Shown: positions 21,301-31,600, counted from the first letter of the stretch. The stretch: DNA of 64,000 nt from an uncultured Actinomycetota bacterium (GCA_963767765.1 CAVYEX010000006.1:69225-133224); one strand, 5' to 3'. A program made the numbers and translations. The notes: generated by a model from the letters alone, not told the origin.

Positions 21301-21948
21301 CTAGGCCGCGCCTTCGCCGAGGTAGCGCGCCCAGGACGGGTCGAGCTCTTTCACCGTCGACAGCAGCCGCCAGTGCTGGCCCTTGGGCGACGCGGGCGCC
21401 AGATGCAGGCTCCAGCCGAGCTCAGCCAGCAGCCGGTCGCCCTTGCGGTGGTTGCAGGTCGAGCAGCATGCCACGCAGTTCTCCCAAGAGTGCTCGCCGC
21501 CGCGGCTGCGTGGCACCACATGGTCGACGGTGTCGGCTTTGCCCCCGCAGTAGGCGCAACAGAACCGGTCCCGGTGCATCAGGGCCGCACGGGTCATGGG
21601 AACCCGCGCGCGATAGGGCACGCGCACGAAAGACCGCAGCCGGATCACCGACGGCACGGCGATGGACCTGGTCGCCGAGTGCACCGTCGGCCCGGCCGGA
21701 TCATCGTGCACCACGTCGGCTTTTCCGCAGATCAGCATGACGATCGCACGCCGCACCGGCAGTGCGGTCAACGGCTCGTAGGTGGAGTTCAGCAACAGCA
21801 CTCGACGACGATTCCAGACCGACGCGGAGTCATGGCAGGGATGGGAATGCCCGTCGACGCTGTGCAGACTTGAACCGGAAACGGCCCCGGTTCGGCCGGC
21901 CGCGGCACCCGAACTGCGGTGGCCGCGGCGTCTTGTGTGCTGCGCCAT
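21301..21948 (-). CDS. HNH endonuclease family protein (Rv2469c-like)
   Basis: [42 protein letters not shown] is an HNH motif with flanking Cys pairs. The exact start is uncertain. Confidence 0.85.
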   Translation of the reverse strand: MAQHTRRRGHRSSGAAAGRTGAVSGSSLHSVDGHSHPCHDSASVWNRRRVLLLNSTYEPLTALPVRRAIVMLICGKADVVHDDPAGPTVHSATRSIAVPSVIRLRSFVRVPYRARVPMTRAALMHRDRFCCAYCGGKADTVDHVVPRSRGGEHSWENCVACCSTCNHRKGDRLLAELGWSLHLAPASPKGQHWRLLSTVKELDPSWARYLGEGAA

Positions 21949-22287
21949 TCACCCTCCGCCGACCAGTCCACCACGATTCAGCGTCAATCGCACCCCAATT
22001 CGGGGTGTGTGAGAAGGACACTGTCGGTGAACGATCGCGCGCACACCGGGCAAGTCGCCGTCACCCAAGGCGTGGTGCAACGTGTCGAGCGTGCTGCCCC
22101 CGTCGCCAAGGCGATCCGACACGTCGCCGCGCCAGCGTTGGCGGTGGTCTGGCCTTCCAACATGGGTCACGCCGAATCGTTCAGGACCAGCCGGCAAGTC
22201 TGCAGCACCGCATCGAGTTGCTCGGGCGCCCGCTGCAACCCCTGGTCAGAGCCGCTGCGCGGCGGCCCCCCGCTTCGATAGCCCACA

Positions 22288-22692
22288 ATGGAGACGATGG
22301 AACAGCTGCAGCAATCCTTCTACGACGCCGTCGGCGGCGCCCAGACTTTTCACGCGATCGTGTCACGGTTCTACGAGCTGGTCGCCGAGGACGAGGTGCT
22401 ACGGCCGCTGTACCCCGAGGAAGACCTGTCCGGCGCCGAAGAACGCTTGCGGATGTTCCTCGAGCAGTATTGGGGCGGCCCCCGCACCTATTCCGAACGC
22501 CGCGGTCATCCCCGCCTGCGGATGCGGCACATGCCGTTCCGGATCTCCCCGATCGAGCGCGACGCCTGGCTGCGGTGCATGCACGTCGCGGTGGCGTCCG
22601 TCGACTCGGAGACCCTCGATGACCGGCACCGCCAAGAGTTGCTGAACTACCTGGAAATGGCGGCTCACTCGCTGGTCAACTCGGCCTTCTGA
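22288..22692 (+). CDS. glbO: Group II truncated haemoglobin (trHbO)
   Basis: [75 protein letters not shown] is a classic GlbO sequence. Confidence 0.93.
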   Translation: METMEQLQQSFYDAVGGAQTFHAIVSRFYELVAEDEVLRPLYPEEDLSGAEERLRMFLEQYWGGPRTYSERRGHPRLRMRHMPFRISPIERDAWLRCMHVAVASVDSETLDDRHRQELLNYLEMAAHSLVNSAF

Positions 22693-24269
22693 TGAGCGGC
22701 GCGCAGTCAGATCCGTGGTGGTCCCGCGCGATCTTCTATCAGATCTATCCGCGCTCGTTCACCGACAGCGACGGTGACGGCGTCGGGGACCTCGACGGCG
22801 TGCTGGCCCGCCTGGACTACCTGGAGTTGCTCGGCGTCGACGCTATCTGGCTCAATCCCGTCACCGTGTCGCCGATGGCTGACCACGGGTACGACGTGGC
22901 GGACCCCCGCGATGTCGACCCGCTGTTCGGTGGGCTGGCCGCGCTCGAGCAGCTGATCGCCGCCGCCCACGAGCGCGGCATCAAGATCACCATGGATCTG
23001 GTGCCCAACCACACCAGCTCACAGCACCGTTGGTTTCGCGCCGCCCTGACCGCGGGTCCGGGCGGTCGAGAAAGGGAGCGCTACATTTTCCGCGACGGCC
23101 GGGGGCCGGGCGGTCACGAACCTCCCAACAACTGGCGCTCGGTGTTCGGCGGGCCGGCCTGGACCCGGGTGGTTGACGCAGACGGCGACGCGGGCCAGTG
23201 GTATCTGCACCTCTTCGACGCCGAACAGCCAGATCTGAACTGGGACAACCCGGAGGTCTTCGACGACTTCGAAAAGACCCTGCGATTCTGGCTGGAACGC
23301 GGCGTCGACGGTTTCCGCATCGACGTCGCGCATGGGATGGCCAAGCCGCCGGGGCTGCCCGACATGGAGTTCATCGACACTCGCCTGCTGCGTTTGAAGG
23401 ACAACGACCCGCGGTTCAATCACCCGAATGTGCATACGATTCACCGTGACATTCGCACGGTGATCGACGACTATCCCGGTGCGGTGACGATCGGCGAGGT
23501 CTGGGTTTTCGACAACGCCCGCTGGGCGGAGTATCTGCGAGCTGACGAGCTGCACCTGGGTTTCAACTTCCGGTTGGTACGCGCCGATTTCGACGTCACC
23601 AGCATCCGCGACGCAATCGAGAACACGCTGGCGGCCGCGGCAATCGAAAACGCCACGCCCACGTGGACGTTGGAGAATCACGACGTGGACCGCGACGTCA
23701 CCCGCTACGGCGGCGGGGCCGCCGGGTTGGCACGGGCGCGGGCCATGACGATGGTGATGCTCGCCCTGCCGGGTGCGGTGTTCCTCTATAACGGGCAGGA
23801 GCTGGGACTGCCCAACGTCGACTTGCCCGACGAGGTGCTGCAGGATCCGACCTGGGAGCGTTCGGGGCATACCGAGCGCGGCCGCGACGGCTGCCGGGTT
23901 CCGGTGCCATGGAGCGGCGACGCTCCCCCGTTCGGCTTTTCCACCTCCACCGACACGTGGCTGCCGATGCCGCCCGAGTGGGCACCCCTGACCGTCGAAC
24001 GCCAGCTCGACGACCCCGACTCGACGCTGTCGTTTTTTCGCCGGGCGCTGGAACTGCGGCGCGGCACAAGCCAATTCGACGGCGCCGCGGTCGAATGGTT
24101 GACCGGCCGAGACCATGAGTTGATATTCCGGATCCGCAACGGCGGACTGGTGTGTGCATTGAACGCCGGTGAGCAGCCGATGCCGCTGCCGCCGGGCCGG
24201 GTCGTTCTGACCAGCGCGCCGCTTGTCGACGGCGCTTTACCGCCGGATAGCGCGGCGTGGCTGGTGTGA
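22692..24269 (+). CDS. aglA: GH13 alpha-glucosidase / oligo-1,6-glucosidase-like
   Basis: FYQIYPRSFTDSDGDGVGDL, DGFRIDVAHG, GEVW and ENHD motifs of the alpha-amylase family. Its ATG overlaps the glbO TGA (ATGA). Confidence 0.92.
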   Translation: MSGAQSDPWWSRAIFYQIYPRSFTDSDGDGVGDLDGVLARLDYLELLGVDAIWLNPVTVSPMADHGYDVADPRDVDPLFGGLAALEQLIAAAHERGIKITMDLVPNHTSSQHRWFRAALTAGPGGRERERYIFRDGRGPGGHEPPNNWRSVFGGPAWTRVVDADGDAGQWYLHLFDAEQPDLNWDNPEVFDDFEKTLRFWLERGVDGFRIDVAHGMAKPPGLPDMEFIDTRLLRLKDNDPRFNHPNVHTIHRDIRTVIDDYPGAVTIGEVWVFDNARWAEYLRADELHLGFNFRLVRADFDVTSIRDAIENTLAAAAIENATPTWTLENHDVDRDVTRYGGGAAGLARARAMTMVMLALPGAVFLYNGQELGLPNVDLPDEVLQDPTWERSGHTERGRDGCRVPVPWSGDAPPFGFSTSTDTWLPMPPEWAPLTVERQLDDPDSTLSFFRRALELRRGTSQFDGAAVEWLTGRDHELIFRIRNGGLVCALNAGEQPMPLPPGRVVLTSAPLVDGALPPDSAAWLV

Positions 24270-24713
24270 GTCAGATCTGCTCGGCGCGGGGTCGGCGAAG
24301 CTCGACGCCGCCAGCAGCCGCTTGAGTTCTTTGCGCTCACGGGCGCTGAGCTGGACCAGGATTCGTTCTTCGGCGACCCGCACGGCTGCTTCTGCTCGCT
24401 TCAGCAGCGTTCGCCCCTTGCTGGTCAGTTCCGCCGGCAGTGCCCTACCCGAGGACACCGACGCCGGCCGCGTCACCGCATCCATCTCCTGAAGGCTTCG
24501 CAACACCATGTTCATCGCCTGCGGTGACACGTTCGCGTCTCGTGCGAGTTCGGCGTTGGAACGACCGGGCGACTTGGAGAGAACCCGAAGACACACGTAT
24601 TCCGGCAGTCCCAGCCCGAGCGGCCGCAATTCGCCGTTGACCTGGGGCCGCAGCGCAGCGGTCACCCGATACAGCAGGTAACCCAACGGCTCCTCTTTAC
24701 TCATATCAACCAT
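24237..24713 (-). CDS. MarR family transcriptional regulator
   Basis: 158 aa; the winged-HTH region LRVLSKSPGRSNAELARDANVSPQAMNMVLRSLQEMDAV is typical of MarR. Its 3' end overlaps the aglA 3' end by 33 nt (convergent). Confidence 0.85.
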   Translation of the reverse strand: MVDMSKEEPLGYLLYRVTAALRPQVNGELRPLGLGLPEYVCLRVLSKSPGRSNAELARDANVSPQAMNMVLRSLQEMDAVTRPASVSSGRALPAELTSKGRTLLKRAEAAVRVAEERILVQLSARERKELKRLLAASSFADPAPSRSDSHQPRRAIRR

Positions 24714-24906
24714 ATTGACATGCCTATGTGGCTCGACAGTACTTGTGCGGCAATGATGCGGTCACGACGCGGCATGGGCGTGGTCTCGGTTCGGCAACCA
24801 AATCGCAGCGCCGTCTAGGCAAGTTTTATTAGACAGCGGTACAGTTCCGCCGCAACCCTGGTAATGCAAACACCCCGTCGGACGCCTATTACAAGGGAGT
24901 CTCTCG

Positions 24907-25377
24907 TTGAAGATCGTTAATGTTTTCGGCGTCGCGGTAGCCGCCGGCGCCGGATTGTGCGGCACCGCTTGCGCGTTCAGTACAGAAGCGGCGGCCGCCC
25001 CGCTGCGTCTGGGCGGCCCCACGTGCATCGAGCAGATGGCAGGGCCCGTCGCCGACACGCCACCGGTGCCGCTGGCGCTGCCCGGTCCGCTCCCCGGTGG
25101 CGGCGCGCCACCCTTGGCGCCCGTCCCGCCTCCAGTACCCGTAGTGCCTGCCGCCCCGGCACCCGCCGCTGCCCCGGCGCCGGCGGCCGCCGCGCCGCTG
25201 CTGCAGCAGGCGGGAACGGGTAAGGGCGTGCCCACCAATCCCGGGCCGGCCCTGACCGATTTCCCGATCATCTTGCCCGGGCCGGCGCCGGTCGCGGAAC
25301 CCGTGCCGGCAGCGCCGGCTGCCGGTCCGGTGCTGGTTTCTGTCGTCGGACCTTCGCTGTCGTGCTGTAGCAACTGA
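24907..25377 (+). CDS. Secreted Pro/Ala-rich low-complexity protein
   Basis: The TTG start is preceded by an agggag RBS. MKIVNVFGVAVAAGAGLCGTACA signal-like N-terminus, then a long PAPV-rich sequence ending ...SLSCCSN. The strand call rests on the RBS and signal peptide, because all frames are open here. Confidence 0.5.
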   Translation: MKIVNVFGVAVAAGAGLCGTACAFSTEAAAAPLRLGGPTCIEQMAGPVADTPPVPLALPGPLPGGGAPPLAPVPPPVPVVPAAPAPAAAPAPAAAAPLLQQAGTGKGVPTNPGPALTDFPIILPGPAPVAEPVPAAPAAGPVLVSVVGPSLSCCSN

Positions 25378-25471
25378 ACTCGGGGGCCCGCTCACGGCGC
25401 GACGGTCAGTCCGACGACGCCGCAGCGGCGTGGCACGACGTCAAACCCGCACTGGCAGCGGAGGTCGCCGA

Positions 25472-26302
25472 TCAGCTCGCCGGTGCCGGCACACCTTCTT
25501 GCACGATCACCGGGTCCCCGATCTTGACATTGTTGAAATACCATTCCGCGTCCGGCGGACTGAGGCTGATGCAGCCGTGGCTGACGTTCTCGATTCCCAT
25601 CGACGCCACCGCCCACGGGGCTGAGTGGACATAGAGACCGCGGCCGCTGATCCGGACGGCGTAATCCACCGACAGCCGGTAGCCGTCGGGATCGGTGACG
25701 GGAATCCCCACCGAGCTCGAATCCATGACCACCGAGCGGTCTTTGGCCAGCACGGCATAGGAACCGACCGGCGTCGGAAACTGTGGCTTGCCCATCGAGG
25801 CGGGCAACACGCCTTCTTCGCCCCAGTGCGGGCGGTGATGAGGTGCGGGTAGTCGAGGCGGCGTCTCCGCCTGCACTCCGTCGATGCTCACGGTGAAGGT
25901 GTGGTTGGCGATGTCGGCGACCCCCAGCACCGTCGGACCGGTATCGAAGTGCGTCGACAAGCCGCCGACCGACAGCGACACTGTGCGGTACGAGGGCCAG
26001 AACCGGTCCGGAACCCACTGCACGACATTGTCTTCCAGCCACTGGAACCGTCCGGTCATCGCGGGCACCGAGGTCACCTCGACGGCGCGCTCGGCCGCGC
26101 GCCGATCTGTAACGGGGCCGCCGAATCGCACCACCACGGGATGCGCGACGCCCACCAACTGCCCCCCGCTGGGTAACACCGAAGCGACGGTGAAGGGCCC
26201 ATGCGACCGGCTCGCCGCCGCCAGCCGCACGCCGGCGGGATCGGCGACCAGTGCCGCGGCGATCGCCGTCATCACCAGAACTGACCGAACCCTGGCCCGC
26301 AT
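25472..26302 (-). CDS. L,D-transpeptidase (YkuD domain), short paralogue
   Basis: LYVHSAPWAVASMGIENVSHGCISLSPPDAEWYFNNVKIGDPVIV (catalytic SHGC). Signal-like N-terminus MRARVRSVLVMTAIAAALVA. Start ATG 26302 with a gaggaa RBS. Confidence 0.88.
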   Translation of the reverse strand: MRARVRSVLVMTAIAAALVADPAGVRLAAASRSHGPFTVASVLPSGGQLVGVAHPVVVRFGGPVTDRRAAERAVEVTSVPAMTGRFQWLEDNVVQWVPDRFWPSYRTVSLSVGGLSTHFDTGPTVLGVADIANHTFTVSIDGVQAETPPRLPAPHHRPHWGEEGVLPASMGKPQFPTPVGSYAVLAKDRSVVMDSSSVGIPVTDPDGYRLSVDYAVRISGRGLYVHSAPWAVASMGIENVSHGCISLSPPDAEWYFNNVKIGDPVIVQEGVPAPAS

Positions 26303-26442
26303 CGCTGTTCCTCGAAGTACTCGACTTTGATTACCGGTTGACGATGCTAGGGGCGTGTCCACAGCCGGATGTTGAACACGCGCCAGTAGCTTGGTCAAGT
26401 CTTCGACAAGATTCGGTCACGGCTGAGGTGGTGCTGCTTTAT

Positions 26443-27501
26443 ATGTGTTCCATGGCGCCCTATGAGGGGACTTACGACTGGACCGTAGTGGGAGCCGGGC
26501 CCGCAGGAATTGCCGCGATCGGCAGGCTGCTTGACCGAGGAATCCCGCCGGAGAAGATCGCCTGGATCGACCCCGCCTTCGCAGCCGGAGACGTAGGCCA
26601 AAAGTGGCGGTCGGTCTCGAGTAATACGCACGCCGGTCTGTTCCTGGATTTCTTCGACGGCTCGCCCGCGTTCCGATTTTCGGCGGCACCGCCGATGCCG
26701 CTACGGGAAATCGACCCTTCTCAGACGTGCGCGCTTGCGCTGGTCGCCGATCCCCTCGAGTGGGTCACCGGGCACCTCCGTCAACGGGTGGACAGCTATC
26801 AGACTACGGCGAGGACCCTTCACCTGGCGCAGCGACGATGGCTGATCGAGGCCGACCTTGGGACATTGGCATCGACGAATGTCATCCTCGCCGTCGGCGC
26901 GGAGCCGAGGAAACTCTCCTATCCGCAGCTGGTCGAAATTCCGGTGGAAGTGGCTCTCGACCCCGACAAGCTGGCCGAGCTGTCGCTGCAGAACGCGATC
27001 GTCGCCGTGTTCGGGTCGTCGCACTCGACAATGATCGCCTTGCCCAATCTGCTGCGCCACCCGATACCAAAAGTGATCAACTTCTATCGCAGCCCGCTGC
27101 GGTATGCCATTTACTTCGACGACTGGATCCTGTTCGACGACGTAGGCCTGAAGGGCCGCGCGGCGACGTGGGCCCGGGAGAATATCGACGGAGTCTTGCC
27201 GGATCGACTAAAAAGGTGCTCGATTTTCAGCCCGGAGTTCGACGAAAAACTTGCCGAATGCGATCACGTCATTTACACCGTCGGCTTCGAGCGACGAAGA
27301 CTGCCAGAAACACCGCAATGGGGTGCGCTGGCTTACAATCGCCGCAACGGCATCCTGGCGCCCGGACTGTTCGGGCTGGGTATCGCTTTTCCGGAGTATG
27401 CACCAGACCGCTACGGCTATGGGCAGTTCCGCGTGGGGCTGAAAAAGTTCCTGGACTACCTCGATTGCGTGCTACCGCTCTGGCTGCATTACGGGCCGTG
27501 A
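26443..27501 (+). CDS. FAD/NAD(P)-binding oxidoreductase of uncertain subfamily, atypically low GC
   Basis: YDWTVVGAGPAGIAAIGRLLDRG (GxGxxG dinucleotide fold) and a second Rossmann-like segment IVAVFGSSHS. Start taken at ATG 26443 (26452 is an alternative) after gaggtgg. The track start 26251 overlaps the Ldt gene. Confidence 0.7.
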   Translation: MCSMAPYEGTYDWTVVGAGPAGIAAIGRLLDRGIPPEKIAWIDPAFAAGDVGQKWRSVSSNTHAGLFLDFFDGSPAFRFSAAPPMPLREIDPSQTCALALVADPLEWVTGHLRQRVDSYQTTARTLHLAQRRWLIEADLGTLASTNVILAVGAEPRKLSYPQLVEIPVEVALDPDKLAELSLQNAIVAVFGSSHSTMIALPNLLRHPIPKVINFYRSPLRYAIYFDDWILFDDVGLKGRAATWARENIDGVLPDRLKRCSIFSPEFDEKLAECDHVIYTVGFERRRLPETPQWGALAYNRRNGILAPGLFGLGIAFPEYAPDRYGYGQFRVGLKKFLDYLDCVLPLWLHYGP

Positions 27502-27504
27502 TCG

Positions 27505-28167
27505 TCAGCGCAGCACCAGCGCGGGGTCGCCGCGACGCCGGTATACCGAGCCGAACCTGGCATCGATCCGCAACCAGGCCGGCAGGATGCGGACCCGGAC
27601 GATCTCACCGGCGCTGACCGCATCCGGCGACGACGGAAGGAAACCCATTGCGCTCAACGCGAAGACACAGCGCATCGGCACACCGACACTGTCGTCACCC
27701 GCGCTGACGTGCAGCACCTCCTGATCAAGCAGCGAAGCGGGCGGACCGTGCGCGCTGCCATGGTCTTTGGCGAGCTGGGCGCCACGCTGGGCCAGATCCG
27801 TCACCACCCGGGCCGGTATGTCGTCGACGTGGGTGAAGCCTCTCTGCGGGGGCAGCACGCCTCGCCACGCGGAATCCATCGCGAAGCCAGGGTTGACGTA
27901 GCCCGAGCTGTCCATCGCCGAGAGTCCTTTAGCCAGTTGGTCTGCCGCCGTTGACATGTCGCTCGGTCGAATGGTGGCGTCGACGACCCGGCTGGCCAGC
28001 ACGTCGAACCCGGTGGCAACCCAGGCCGTCAGCACACCGTCGGACCGCAGGCGGAGCCGGATCACCGCCGCGTCGTCGAGCCGCAGGGCTCGGTCGACGA
28101 ACGCCGCCAGGTCGCTGCGGTCGGCCGGGTCGCGCAGCCACAGCCCCCGCTCCGCTAACGCAACCAC
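27505..28167 (-). CDS. Conserved hypothetical protein (Rv2474c-like)
   Basis: Coding-looking ORF. GTG 28167 gives about 220 aa (remembered Rv2474c is about 217 aa) and overlaps the thioesterase stop by 13 nt. Confidence 0.65.
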   Translation of the reverse strand: MVALAERGLWLRDPADRSDLAAFVDRALRLDDAAVIRLRLRSDGVLTAWVATGFDVLASRVVDATIRPSDMSTAADQLAKGLSAMDSSGYVNPGFAMDSAWRGVLPPQRGFTHVDDIPARVVTDLAQRGAQLAKDHGSAHGPPASLLDQEVLHVSAGDDSVGVPMRCVFALSAMGFLPSSPDAVSAGEIVRVRILPAWLRIDARFGSVYRRRGDPALVLR

Positions 28168-28571
28168 CGCTGCAGGTACTCCCGGTGCTGCGGCGCCAGG
28201 CGCAGCAATCGCTGTTCTTCGATGTGGACGGCGGCCAGCTGGGTTTCGGCGATCACCGCCGGTTTGGAGTCGGCGCCGGCGCCGACCGAGCGCACCTCGT
28301 ATCCGAGGGTGAAGTCGACCGCCCGCAACCGCTTCACCCACATGGTCACTTGCAGGGGCGAATCGATCAGCCGGAGCTGGCCCCGGTAGGTGACTCGCAG
28401 ATCGGCGATCAGCAGACCGGTGGTGGTGATGTCGGCGGCGAACGGCTCGCGCAGGAACGGCACGCGCGCTTCTTCGAGGATGGTCACCATGGTCGCGTGG
28501 TTGATGTGCTGGTACATATCGATGTCCGACCAGCGCACCGGAACGGCTGCGACAAATCCGGCGTATTCCAT
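28155..28571 (-). CDS. Hotdog-fold acyl-CoA thioesterase (YbgC/4HBT-like, Rv2475c-like)
   Basis: MEYAGFVAAVPVRWSDIDMYQHINHATMVTILEEARVPFL... gives 138 aa from ATG 28571. The in-frame upstream ATG 28661 lies inside the MIRU-like element. Confidence 0.85.
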   Translation of the reverse strand: MEYAGFVAAVPVRWSDIDMYQHINHATMVTILEEARVPFLREPFAADITTTGLLIADLRVTYRGQLRLIDSPLQVTMWVKRLRAVDFTLGYEVRSVGAGADSKPAVIAETQLAAVHIEEQRLLRLAPQHREYLQRWLR

Positions 28572-28657
28572 GCGCCGCTCCTCTTCATCGCTTTCATCGC
28601 TTCGTCCCCCTCGCCACTGCGCGGCTGGCGGCGCCCCCGCTGCATCGGCGCCGGCGG
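28572..28657 (-). repeat. MIRU-like intercistronic repeat (long class) filling the whole gdh-thioesterase spacer
   Basis: Minus-sense TGAccgccggcgccgatgcagcggggg...gacgaagcgatgaaagcgatgaagaggagcggcgcATG. Both ends match the 11600..11668 element, with about 40 nt extra in the middle. An ATG overlaps the gdh TGA (ATGA) and reads in frame into the thioesterase ATG. Confidence 0.6.
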
Positions 28658-31600
28658 TCATCCCGATGATCCCCGCCCACTTGTCCGCGTCATCCGGCGG
28701 ATCTGGCGGGCGGCGACGGACAGCGTCGCCAGGTCCTGCTGGCCGCTCTCGTAGATCTCGGTCAGCGTCTGCCGCGCCCGCTCCACCCGCGACGCACTGG
28801 TGTGTTCCCACTCGGTGATCTTCTCCTCGCCGCTTTCCTCCGGCTCACCGACAGCGAGGACGTCAAAACACAGGGACCGCAGCGAGGCATAGATGTCGTC
28901 GCGAATGGCCAACCGGGCCAATGAGTGCCAGCGGTCGTCGCGCGGCAGCTTCGACACCGCGGTCAACAGCCCGTCGGTGCCCAAGCGATCCATCAGTGCG
29001 AAATAGGTGTCGGCGACCTCTGCGGGATCGCGGTCCTCGATGTCGGCGATGTCGATGATGTCGAGCAGGCTGAACCGGTACAAGCCCGCGGCGACGGTGT
29101 AGCCCAGGTCTTTTGCGGCGCCTTGGGCGACGAATTCGGAGGCTTCCTTGTCGACGATGGCTTTGTCGTCGCCGCGGAGCCAGTCCGACATGCGCGGCGT
29201 CAGTGCTGCCACCTTCCGCGCGAACCGGTTTACCTCGGCACCGACCGCCAGCGGCTGCGGACGATAGTTGAGCAGCCAGCGGCCCGCCCGGTCGATCAGC
29301 CGACGGGTGTCGAGGGTCATGCGATCGGACAGCGCGACCGGCACGTCCGCGGCCCGAATCTGCCGCCACAGTTCACCCACTCCGAAGATGGCTTCGGTCG
29401 CCACATAGGTGCGAATTGCGTCGACGGGTTTGACGCCGACATCTTGGCTGATGCGATAGGTGTAGGTGATGCCGCTGGTGTCCACCAGGTCATTGACCAA
29501 CATGGTGGTGACGATCTCGCGCCGCAGCTGGTGTATTCGGATCTCCGGAGTGAAGCGGTTGCGCAACGGCGAGGGGAAGTACTGGGGCAACCGGCCGGCG
29601 AACACGTCCTGATCTGGCAGGTCGGTGGCGAGCAGTTCGTCTTTGAGCGCCAGCTTGACATGGGCCATCAAGGTCGCCAGTTCGGGCGAGGTGAGCCCCA
29701 TACCGGCCTCCGTCCGCCGGTGTATCTCCTTATCCGACGGCAGCGCTTCCAGTTCTCGGCTCAGGCCACGTTCGGCCACCAGATCTCGTATCAGCAGGGC
29801 GTGCACCGGGAGCAGACTGGGGGCGTTGACGCGACTGGTGCCGAGCAGATCGTTTTGGTCGGCGTTGTCGGCCAGTACCAGCTGCGCGACCTCGTCGGTC
29901 ATCGACTCCAGCAGCGGAGTGCGTTCTCGCGGTTCGACTTTGCCCGCGGTCACCAGCGAGTCGATCAGGATCTTGATGTTGACTTCGTGATCCGAGCAGT
30001 CGACACCGGCCGAGTTGTCCATCGCGTCGGTGTTGATCCGCCCGCCGCACAGGTCAAACTCGACGCGGCCCAACGCCGTCACGCCGAGATTGCCGCCTTC
30101 GGCGATCACCTTGGCGCGCAGTTGGTTCGCATTTACCCGCACCGGATCGTTGGCGCGATCCCCGACGTCCGCGTCGGACTCGGCCTCGCCTTTGATGTAG
30201 GTGCCGATGCCGCCGTTGTACAACAGGTCGACCGGCGCTTTGAGTATCGCGCGCACCAGGTTTGGTGGCGTCATCTCGGCCGTGCCCTCCTCGATGCCAA
30301 GCGCCGCGCGCACCTCGGCACTGATCGGGATCGACTTGTGTTCGCGGCTGTACACGCCGCCGCCGGCACTGATCAGCGACTGGTCGTAGTCGTTCCAGTT
30401 GGACCGCGCCAGCTCGAACAGTCGGCGGCGTTCCTCCCAGGAGCTGGCGGCATCGGGATCGGGGTCGAGGAAGATGTGGCGGTGGTCGAAAGCGGCCATG
30501 AGCCGAATGTGCTTGCTCAACAACATGCCGTTGCCGAAGACGTCACCGCTCATGTCGCCGATGCCCGCCACCGTGAAGTCCTCGGTCTGGGTGTCGACGC
30601 CCATTTCCCGAAAGTGGCGTTTGACGGCTTCCCAGGTGCCGCGGGCGGTGATGCCCATGGCCTTATGGTCGTAGCCGACCGAGCCGCCTGAGGCGAATGC
30701 GTCGCCGAGCCAGAACCCGTAGGACTCGGCGACGCCGTTGGCGATGTCGGAGAACGCCGCGGTGCCCTTGTCGGCGGCGACCACCAGGTAGGCGTCGTCC
30801 CCGTCGCGCCGTACCACCTCGGGCGGGACGACGACCTCGCCGGTGTTGTGGTCGACGTTGTCGGTGATGTCGAGCAACCCGGAGATGAACAACCGGTAGC
30901 AGGCGATGCCCTCGTCGCGGACGGCGTCGCGGTCGACGGTGGTCTCTCCGGTGCTGACCGGGGGCTTTTTGACGACGAATCCACCCTTGGCACCGACCGG
31001 AACAATGACAGCGTTTTTCACCGCTTGCGCTTTGACCAATCCCAGGATCTCGGTGCGGAAGTCCTCGCGACGGTCCGACCAGCGCAAGCCACCGCGGGCC
31101 ACGTGGCCGAACCGCAGGTGCACGCCCTCGACGCGGGGCGAATACACGAAGATCTCGAATTTGGGTCGCGGTTCCGGGAGTTCGTCGACGAGTTGCGCGT
31201 CCAGCTTGAGGGTCAGCACGTCTTGGTGCCGCGCCGAGGATGCGCGGGTGATGAAGCAGTTGGTTCGCAGGGTTGCCTGAATGAGTGAGGCGAAGGCCCG
31301 CAGCACCCGATCGGTGTCGAGACTCACCAGCGCATCGATGTCTGCGGTGACCGCTGTGACAGCGGCCTGCGCGTCACGGCTCTTCGCCGATCCCGGCGGG
31401 CAAGGATCGAACAGCGCCTCGAACAGTGTCACCAATGACCGTGCGGTTTGGGGGTTTTCGTTGATCACCGATTCGATATGGGCTTGGCTGTAGGGAAATC
31501 CAGCCTGCCGCAGGTATTTGGCGTAGCTGCGCAGGATGACCACCTGCTGCCAGGTCAGGCCCGCCCGCAGCACCAGCTCGTTGAACCGGTCGACCTCGAC

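Noticed and set aside
21301-21948. Stand-alone HNH endonuclease as a restriction/defence or mobile-intron marker
   Set aside because: Single gene with no methyltransferase, no intein/intron context and normal GC. It is syntenic with Rv2469c, so it is probably a conserved housekeeping nuclease.
28925-30691. 588-aa ORF antisense to gdh (with many other ORFs nested in 28658..33520)
   Set aside because: The 1620-aa minus-strand frame is uninterrupted and matches the large NAD-GDH. The nested ORFs are GC-driven.
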